Shown here piece after piece: positions 60,201-64,000 of a stretch of 64,000 bases of DNA. The stretch is from Phoronis australis (taxonomy: Eukaryota > Animalia > Phoronida): NCBI GenBank assembly GCA_002633005.1, contig NMRA01000086.1:124001-188000 (forward strand), read 5' to 3'. The notes under the pieces were generated by a model that was not told the origin of the DNA, did no database searches, and saw only the letters and a program-made list of their open reading frames with translations. Position 1 is the first letter of the stretch. Every line of letters begins with the position of its first letter. Made by a program: the position numbers and the translations under genes.

Positions 60201-63148
60201 AATTGCCATTTGGTTATCTTGTTGCAAATAATGGAAACTTTACAAATGTTTCATGATATTTACAAAAGATAAAAACCATGCTAGAAATACACTGAAATGT
60301 TCTTAATCCTTATTTTTAATTAAAGAAATTTGACAACATAGAATTTCTCTCATCCGCCTCGGTGTGTGCTGAATTGGTAAACACTTAAGTAGTTAAATCA
60401 CTGATTAAGTCGGTCTCTCAATGTATCTACAACTGTACAAAACTGTTTTATTGACTTAACTCCAATCCATTCATAATTATTAAGAATTTGGAAAAAATAC
60501 TAAAAGCATTGGAATCTCCTCAGACTGTAAGATTAGCTCAGATGTCTTAAATTAAGCTTACGGAAATGTAGGGATGTAGGTGAAAAGAAAAGAAAAGAAA
60601 TTACCGGTATGCGAAATTATTTAATGGTTACTTAAGGGGTAGTTTTATGCACAGCAATCTGAAGCACACTCGATATAACAGAATTTTCTTAGAAGGTGTT
60701 AAATTGACGTTTGTAAGAAACTGAAGCCATTCAAAGTAAAATATTTTTGTATTTAATTTTTAAAGATAAACAAACTTCAGGTTATCCATATCACTTACAA
60801 CATGGTTGACTTCTCTACACCAAATGTTGCTTGCATATTTTGTTCAATAAGTGCAATTAGTGAGTTCACGAGGCAAGCTACTAAACAGTGCATGGTTCAT
60901 ACCTTCAGACAAACTTTGGCTACCATACCTTTTCGCATTTTAGTCCTACTATTGCAAATCTTCATCTGCACTCTAACTGTTTTTTATCTTGAACTATGAT
61001 ATTTTTAGTCAGGTCAGTAACCTTCCAAGGTTATTTGTATAGCCGCCAGTACTTACACTAGGGCACTAGGTCAGTAAGTGAATGTTTGCCAGTCCTCTTG
61101 ATAGTAGTGCATTTATAACTCTCCTGCTTTACCATATTGCATTATGACAGGATACTACAGAGGCAACTATTTTAGACTAAACTGATTTTTATGTGAGCCA
61201 GCTGGACTTTTCTCATAACAGATGAAATTAAATCAATAGAACTTAGAAAGTAACAATCATATATTGGTGTTCGTTTTAGTGCTTTGATTTCATAGACTAT
61301 GGTATACTATATTGTCACCAAGTTAGGGCATGTTGGGGCAGACAAGTGAAATTTTTTTCATGTTTTCCACCAAATTAATGATTTTTCTGTATTCAAGTTC
61401 TATGCTGTTGCTACCAACAGGTAATGTTTAGACATTGGTAAATGCTTTTGAAAAATGAAAAAAGAGTAATTTTGGCAATTTAAAGAAATTGGTGAGATTT
61501 TACTGTTATTTTTTCAGTGATCAAATATATATCTTCATAGGAAAAGCAACTTGAACTGTAGCAGGTAATTGCCTTTAAAAGTTAACATTAGGTGAAAAAT
61601 TTGAATGAATGAATGACTTGGCTACAAAGTAACCGAGCTTCATAAGTAGAACAGTAGGATGCAGCAAATTGATCTTGCCCAACTAAGTATTTTTTCTCGT
61701 AAAATTTATCAACATTCTGATCACAAATCATGATTCCCATGTTTCATCACTATTTGTTTAACTTTTGCTCTTATTTGTTGTATTATTTCAAGATTCAAAT
61801 ATGTCTCATTTCACGTAGACATTGTACAGCAGAGTTGTCTGCGTATGAGGCAATTTGCTATATGTCCCGAAAATGGCATTTTCAGAATAGTCCACACCTT
61901 GGGCTTGTCTCCAGAAAGCTTTGGTACTAATAATTTCATCTTACCTGTTGGTGGTTTTATGTTTGAAGTGCTGCTACAGCCTGAAGGTTTTTTTTGTTCA
62001 TACACTCTGGCAGGTGCCCACCACTTGTTACAGTCATCCAAATAACATCTTCAATTGCTAAAGGTTTAACTTTTCTGTATAGTCTGTAATTAAGCTCATT
62101 ATGCCCCAAGGTTATTGTGAAGGACAGGACAAATCACATGTCAATGCACATTCAGCATTTATGTACATCAGAAATACCATGTTTCTAGCCATTGCTTTTG
62201 CAAACAACTCTGCAAGCTACAGCTCGGGGTAACCTAACCATCACAAAACCAAGCATTGACGTGGGGTTGTGTACAACGCGTTAGGTATGGTTCATAAAAT
62301 GTTTGTTTTTGGCAGAAGTGATGTATATAAGATCCCATGCAAACCACAAACATTAAACTGGAATAAATCTCAGTTAGTGGCTTTGAACGTTCCCATTGAA
62401 GAACTCGGTGAACTTCATGTGGTCCGTCAGCTTGGAATGCTAGCTGGCCTAATTGAAAAACAAAACATAGAGTCCCTTCCCAAAACATGAATCAAAGCAT
62501 ACGATGGCACTACATGGAGCTTTAAAGATATTTCGTGCTATATGTTATGGCACTGTTTAAAACCACAGACTGTAGAAAATAAATTTGACAGTAAAAAGTT
62601 CAAAGTGAAAGTATCGTTAAACATTGACCGTTGAGCCCTTTGTTACGTTGATATTTGATGCTCCTTGTGGATCCTTCTGTCTTTCTTCTATTTTCAATGT
62701 TACTGAAATATGAGTGATTTAATTTTGAAGGATAGTAATTAAAGAATTTGTTCATTTTAAGTCTTTATCCTCATTTTTCTGTTTGATATTCTAGTCAAAC
62801 AAAAGGACTAATTGCTCAGAAATTGGACCTCACTCTTTACGGAGGTAAACATTGTTTTCATGAGCTAATTACTTTACAGAGGTACACACCATCCCCGCAA
62901 AGATGTTCCGACGAGTTCTGACCATTGTCCAGGCTCACTGTAAACTGGGTTTGACTGCTACACTGGTGCGAGAGGATGATAAAATTGCTGATCTCAACTT
63001 TCTAATTGGGCCAAAACTATACGAGGCAAACTGGCTTGAGCTGCAAAACAGAGGCTTTATTGCCAAGGTTCAATGTGCTGAGGTTTGGTGTCCAATGACA
63101 CCAGAGTTCTATCGTGAGTACCTACAGACCAGGACTATGAAGAAGATG
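9254..63148 (+). CDS. ERCC3: ERCC3/XPB, TFIIH 3'-5' DNA helicase/translocase; 14 coding exons in window, continues past right edge
   Basis: Spliced translation: MGKRDRKEK...DEYGAKDYR...[21 protein letters not shown]...[26 protein letters not shown]...[32 protein letters not shown] (Walker A)...WGLMLLDEVH (Walker B)...[14 protein letters not shown] (RED motif)...[17 protein letters not shown]. It is collinear with human XPB as recalled, and all phases are consistent. Confidence 0.98.
9466..9546 (+). CDS. ERCC3: ERCC3 exon 2
   Basis: tacag|GTGAG...ATGG|gtaatt; [19 protein letters not shown]. Confidence 0.85.
9584..10068. mobile_element. Palindromic MITE family A, copy 2 (ERCC3 intron 2)
   Basis: aattatgcctcacactga at 9584 is inverted at ~9970-9988. 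Inner arms ~9661-9762 and ~9833-9934 are also inverted. The right end is the reverse complement of 8251-8330. Confidence 0.8.
10568..12295. mobile_element. Non-autonomous DNA transposon, Tc1/mariner superfamily (Tc2/pogo-like CCGTA termini), copy 1
   Basis: Perfect 24-bp TIR CCGTAATCGTTCGGGTTAACGCCC, TA on both flanks, subterminal GGGCG(G/C)TTAA arrays, no transposase ORF. Confidence 0.88.
12392..12522 (+). CDS. ERCC3: ERCC3 exon 3
   Basis: [13 protein letters not shown]...DEYGAKDYR...RPLWV. Confidence 0.95.
12930..13160. repeat. Short interspersed repeat family B (related copies at ~50238-50400 and ~57338-57525)
   Basis: Shared ttttactgtcat...atgataggattccatt(c/t)cc(a/g)ttac core at three sites; boundaries approximate. 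Confidence 0.55.
13375..13455 (+). CDS. ERCC3: ERCC3 exon 4
   Basis: [27 protein letters not shown]. Confidence 0.97.
13949..14104 (+). CDS. ERCC3: ERCC3 exon 5
   Basis: [11 protein letters not shown]...IQEFIK. Confidence 0.97.
14846..14920 (+). CDS. ERCC3: ERCC3 exon 6
   Basis: [25 protein letters not shown]. Confidence 0.97.
15373..16212. mobile_element. Non-autonomous TIR element (PIF/Harbinger-like termini) in ERCC3 intron 6
   Basis: ~38-bp TIR GGGCTGTTCCAG(T/C)AAAATC(C/T)GT(G/A)TGGGAGGGGGG; flanks tcg/tca could be a decayed 3-bp TSD. Confidence 0.75.
16236..16355 (+). CDS. ERCC3: ERCC3 exon 7
   Basis: [20 protein letters not shown]. Confidence 0.95.
16431..16596. mobile_element. Small MITE in ERCC3 intron 7
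   Basis: ATAGACCTAATTCA(T/C)GC inverted at both ends. Confidence 0.65.
16689..16894 (+). CDS. ERCC3: ERCC3 exon 8
   Basis: [40 protein letters not shown]. Confidence 0.95.
17808..17879 (+). CDS. ERCC3: ERCC3 exon 9
   Basis: [23 protein letters not shown]. Confidence 0.97.
18345..18451 (+). CDS. ERCC3: ERCC3 exon 10
   Basis: [35 protein letters not shown]. Confidence 0.97.
19030..19133 (+). CDS. ERCC3: ERCC3 exon 11 (Walker A)
   Basis: [35 protein letters not shown]. Confidence 0.97.
19490..20111. repeat. 16-bp minisatellite (GATACTATGTCACTGY), about 39 units
   Basis: Direct tandem copies; the ORF track shows the expected 16-aa periodicity. Confidence 0.97.
20930..21002 (+). CDS. ERCC3: ERCC3 exon 12
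   Basis: [24 protein letters not shown]. Confidence 0.97.
21579..21698 (+). CDS. ERCC3: ERCC3 exon 13
   Basis: [40 protein letters not shown]+G|gtgagt. Confidence 0.97.
24141..24360 (-). pseudogene. Degenerate copy of the C-terminal ~70 codons of the nested membrane-protein family
   Basis: Aligns to 24685-24897 with indels and ends ...DKTSI*. It is part of a tandem duplication of 23811-24358 and 24359-24895. Confidence 0.85.
24685..27222 (-). CDS. Uncharacterised multi-pass membrane protein, paralog A (845 aa)
   Basis: Uninterrupted ORF with signal peptide, Cys-containing ectodomain and ~8-9 hydrophobic segments; full-length similarity to B and C; 5'UTR acceptor AG at 27299-27300. Confidence 0.93.
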   Translation of the reverse strand: MYARTIFLILLMMQLQREAYSQRGRGLFKDSKYVKDDSESTYKLENMLCRYKVTNKSEEALQDLILENKYSIVHVTLNFPDEVIFPEARFQDILEKKKWIWIWKSEGIKLLKIDFRFEFYSLGMLTSDVGYLTLNLTTKCNERSNGTMKIKSIRHLMSVLQYSLGSYIYPNSSLCYHKLAKTPHNFYYTQPYCCSFHVAPKCGHYVELYTDDWFVIMVYILVFLLSPLLLSALFTKPKEIFILESNGILRKKKSIANKKLDKLELRSRSIKGFDGVDFPKYVKTQSTHEEQGATDTTPTKLKSKDPNNESEANEPISPIEPLWSEPCTSSPIKAEVNKGIQYIPYNKDIPVRITRPLKFLLLMNSDNAVIGVIRRLLFFILLYPIVMYIYLLVVHFKYSEEVMFLVDVERKLNITGQLLNLFSFDQLYAGNFFSNPHYMFWSISMVAYGVTAVIFASGVPLYMLTDRLALDDGYMGFIKLPPKLRQKTTYDQGPKKIQRKMIHRLSLMINPNFWSFWFRDLVALFKCQEKCGPKEPLVRILWFIGYVFSLLNFFPLVNCLPLEMIARGLRKPEESTTRQLVKKYGRHQVAKLLGILLGVVVSVMGLLFAMFVFIESSRIVGLIIVYSVRGAVKNYLQVMPILSIILAGWQFLNTTLGNVEIRYLYYKKLIFDACQEENERLESNFDADDKTTETLEYPLVVYRKDGIPLIPRDLYYNVLYSLFPLSKHELPAIGQILFTAGFLYLIATTIDVFSEDSITSLGEALATLLAATLPNILQTVFKYDLDDISSDRHVLKVQAEIRRFYSLKQVTSSVEGGEAETADDALNVEVDEKKSLTEGEDETSV
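30472..30628. repeat. ~155-bp imperfect palindrome (MITE-like)
   Basis: ggtaaaagttgagtaaac...cttcaaaatggct pairs with agccattttgaag...gtttactccacttttacc. Confidence 0.7.
34359..34600 (+). pseudogene. Degenerate Myb/SANT-like (trihelix) DNA-binding domain fragment, likely a Harbinger transposon relic
   Basis: [24 protein letters not shown] resembles the W-x-x-x-E-T-x-x-L-L-x-x-W start of this domain. Disrupted downstream pieces read [13 protein letters not shown] and [11 protein letters not shown]. Confidence 0.45.
35947..38101. mobile_element. CCGTA-ended non-autonomous transposon, copy 2 (inverted relative to copies 1 and 3; spans the gap)
   Basis: TIR CCGTAATC(A/G)TTCGGGTTAACGCCC with TA flanks; both arms are reverse-complement matches to copy 3. 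Confidence 0.88.
36614..37356. other. Assembly gap (743 N)
   Basis: Run of N. Confidence 1.
38489..38972. mobile_element. Diverged TIR-less fragment homologous to the interior of transposon copy 3 (~58920-59340)
   Basis: Shared blocks tggaaaaacatt(c/t)atttttcatg(t/c)aagatgtcc, ctgtcaatcacatg and agcgacagtcctaaataa. Confidence 0.7.
42470..45007 (-). CDS. Uncharacterised multi-pass membrane protein, paralog B (845 aa)
   Basis: Uninterrupted ORF with the same architecture as A and C; 5'UTR acceptor AG at 45079-45080. Confidence 0.93.
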   Translation of the reverse strand: MHTGTLFFLFTLVHVVRQVNSQVRTSLFKDMKYVVDKLAELPVGWTPCEYSVTDESVQALRQLIHENKRSLVYMTLNFPDGVIFPETSYQEILRMDRWIWIRKGEGLELLKVDFRFEFYSLGILSTDVGFVTLNFTAKCNLRSNGMQIDSLQQMMFVLQQSLGYYISTNSSLCYHKLAKSTKDQYYTQPYCCTFDQMSPECGHFIGIYTSGWFTITLYVFVFSLSPLLLASFFTKQKEIYILEPNGTLRRKKSLVHKRLESLNLKHNDQVEEVEFPNYIKKRNKTTQHNELDSTPSTSKSTAAKTDSHFNEHTVQTEPLCSEPSTLSPIETEVNSGVQYITYNKHTPVRITHPFKFLLLLNVDNLVIGVIRRLLFFVLLYPAVIYVYWIVVHFMYNDHIMFLIDVETKMNITGQLMELLFFDHLYAGNFFSNPRYIFWSICMVAYGVTAVIFSSGVPLYMLTERLALDDGYMGFIKLPYNLRQKTIYDQGTRKIQRKMAHRLSLIVNPKFWRFWFKELVALFRCREQCGLKESMIRILLFFGYIISLLNFLPLTNCLPFDMIVRNVRKPEDSETRRLVRTYGRRKLAKLLAIMIVLVVIVWGMIFAVYIFMESSRIVVIIIIYSVRGAVKNYLQVMPILSIIAAGWYFLKTTLGNVENRYLYYKKIIFDVCLQEHERLESKCEANEKIETHTYPLVIYRRDGIPLIPHDLYYNVLFRLFPLSKHELPAIGQLLITAGFLYLIATTIDVFSKNSIANLGEALTTLLAATLPNLLQAVFKYEQDAITTDRHVFKVEAEIRRAYSLQKQLTSVVKEAEAEPAAQVLDIELQEVDEKESLREGEAESSL
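46001..47217. repeat. Interspersed element with ~400-bp internal tandem units (about 2.7 copies) carrying CTCF-like motifs
   Basis: Units restart at caggatctt (~46096, 46511, 46922). Related pieces lie at ~21374-21452 (head) and ~50790-51075. Confidence 0.8.
48164..48336. mobile_element. Small MITE with Harbinger-like termini
   Basis: GGGGCCCGTTTCAAGAAAACTGACTTA vs inverted TAAGTTAGTTTCTTGGAACGGTCCC. Confidence 0.65.
51124..51364. mobile_element. Palindromic MITE with ~85-bp arms
   Basis: ttcaataggtaaatca...tgagtcagacgtttctgccctctct...gttcactga is inverted at 51281-51364. Confidence 0.8.
53981..54075. repeat. 45-bp tandem duplication
   Basis: ccctt(a/c)agttcccccacaatgtaacccttctgtaaagggttaata x2. 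Confidence 0.92.
54345..56891 (-). CDS. Uncharacterised multi-pass membrane protein, paralog C (848 aa)
   Basis: Uninterrupted ORF with the same architecture as A and B; 5'UTR acceptor AG at 56989-56990. Confidence 0.93.
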   Translation of the reverse strand: MHAAAIFSFLLMAGFQRQVSSQVRTDLFTDMIYVEDGHFDEEINMTNSDVSNYTLTDKSTFDLQKLVQYEKNNIIYMKLLFPSDAIFPETSYREILQMDRWIWIRNAAGVKLLKVDFRFEFFSLGTLSSDVEHVTLNFTTICDPKQCGVEKIESPHQMRSILQHSLGMYIPANSSLCYHKLANSMDNYYAQPTCCSNELFPNCGHFVELHPNDWFVFTVYVLVFSLSPLLLTVFITKPKETYTLRRNGILRRKQSFAKKMLRTLNIQENDNEWDEEVDFPNYVKKRADDGQRAVDKTRSGLKRAANKDPSSSEQLSPIELLCSQPAVSTGKADVCCGIKYIMYNKDTPVRLTHPLKFLLLLNIDNIVLGVIRRLLFFVLFYPILIHVYLLVVHIKYSKHVMFLTDVETKMNITGHLLELFFFDHLYAGTVFSNPYLIFWTLSMVAYGITATIFSTGVPLFILMDRLSVDDGYMGFIKLPTRLRQKTRYDPDTQKLQRKMVHRLSLMIDPQFWCFWFKELVALFRCHERCGVKESLVRILLFFGYIMSLLSFLPLVNCLPFDIIARALRQPEESETRRLVKKYGRQQLAQLIAIIFAVTMSLWGLLFAIFIFMESSRIAGLIIIYTVRGVVRNYIQIIPIVSIILAGWHFLQTTLSNVEKQYLSYKKIIFDACIQEDDRLKSKFSPDEKLLQFPAYPLVVYRRDGIPLIPRDLYYKVLFNLFPLGKHELPAIGKLLFTAGFLHLVATTVGVFSEDSITSLGEALTTLLAATIPNFLQAVFKFDQDPITTDSHNFKVHKEIRRLYLLNGQVTSELEHKVVEPAAEDLGTESQNEETKTAAQTEDVELTAV
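58075..59892. mobile_element. CCGTA-ended non-autonomous transposon, copy 3
   Basis: Perfect TIR CCGTAAACGTTCGGGTTAACGCCC, TA flanks, subterminal repeats. Confidence 0.88.
62880..63148 (+). CDS. ERCC3: ERCC3 exon 14
   Basis: ttacag|AG GTA CAC; [35 protein letters not shown]...RTMKKM|gtaagt. Confidence 0.97.
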
Positions 63149-63154
63149 GTAAGT

Positions 63155-63620
63155 TGTGATGGTGGTGGTGTGGTGCCATGGGTGATGGTGTGTGGTGGTC
63201 AGGCAATGGTGGTGAGGTAATGGTGGTTGGGTGATATTGTCAGTGTGGTGATGATGGGGTGGTGGCAGATGGTGGGGTGGCATAGGAGTGATGATGCTGG
63301 GGTGGTGGTGGTGGTGATAATAGTGGTGGTATTGGGTTGGTGGCAGTGTGGTGGGGTGGTGTGGGTTGACGGTGGTGTTGTAGTGGTGATGTTGTGGTGT
63401 TGTGGTGGTGATGTTGTGATGGTGATGTTGTGGTGGTGATGTTGTAGTGGTGTGGTGGTGATGTTGTGATGGTGATGGAGTGTTGTTCTGGTGATGGTGA
63501 TGTGGTGGTGATGTAGTGGTGGTTTGGTAGTGTTGGTGGCAGTGTGGTGGTGGGGTAATGATGGTGCTGTTGGTGTCAGTGTGGTGATGGAGTGTTGTTG
63601 CAGTAGTTGTAGTTCTGGTG
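63155..63620. repeat. Degenerate (GTG/GTT/GAT)n low-complexity repeat at the start of ERCC3 intron 14
   Basis: GT-rich triplet repeat directly after the exon 14 donor. Confidence 0.92.
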
Positions 63621-64000
63621 TGTTCACCTATTGTTTTGCCTGTGCTTGAGTAGAAGTGTACTGGCACTCGAGCAATGAAGACACAGCTGTGACTGCCGCA
63701 ATGAGTATACACTTGAGCTGTTGGCATTGTATCATAGCTGTGAATGTTATGAAGGAGTAAAGGCACTTTTGGTTTTGATGAGGTGATGAAACAAATGAAT
63801 GTTTCTTGGACATGCTGTATTTTGAGACCCATATTTTTTGTTGTATTCCATTGCAAAATATAATTTTTAGGTAACTTTTTATTTTTTCATAAATACACCT
63901 AACTTTCAACATAGTATGTTATAACACTTATTTTACCCGTGATAGAATTGACGCCGTGAATTATACATTTACTTTTACCAGTCTGTTGAGGAGTGTTTCC

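Larger units (their letters stand above)
21699..62879 (+). other. ERCC3 intron 13, 41,181 bp, hosting nested antisense genes
   Basis: Phase-1 gtgagt donor and phase-1 tacag acceptor rebuild the GAG codon of DEVH; no XPB residues are missing between them. Confidence 0.9.

Noticed and set aside
63122-63856. His/Thr-rich 244-aa and 142-aa ORFs
   Set aside because: Translation of an intronic low-complexity triplet repeat

Overview
AT-rich, intron-containing animal genomic DNA, probably a marine invertebrate (inference), with one 743-nt assembly gap. Two housekeeping genes lie head-to-head around a short promoter at ~9.1 kb. On the minus strand is a TRBP/PACT/Loquacious-type double-stranded-RNA-binding protein gene (5 coding exons visible, continuing off the left edge). 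On the plus strand is ERCC3/XPB, the TFIIH helicase (14 coding exons from ATG 9254, continuing off the right edge). XPB intron 13 (21699-62879, 41,181 bp) splits the DEVH Walker-B motif. It holds, antisense, three intact paralogous genes with uninterrupted ORFs (845/845/848 aa) and a relic of a fourth C-terminus. These encode an uncharacterised family with a signal peptide, a Cys-containing ectodomain, roughly 8-9 hydrophobic segments and a class I PDZ-binding C-terminus in every copy. This nested cluster is the best candidate for an undescribed system. The rest is non-autonomous DNA transposons and MITEs, a CTCF-like-motif repeat array, a Myb/SANT relic and tandem repeats. All homology calls come from manual translation and recall, not from database searches.
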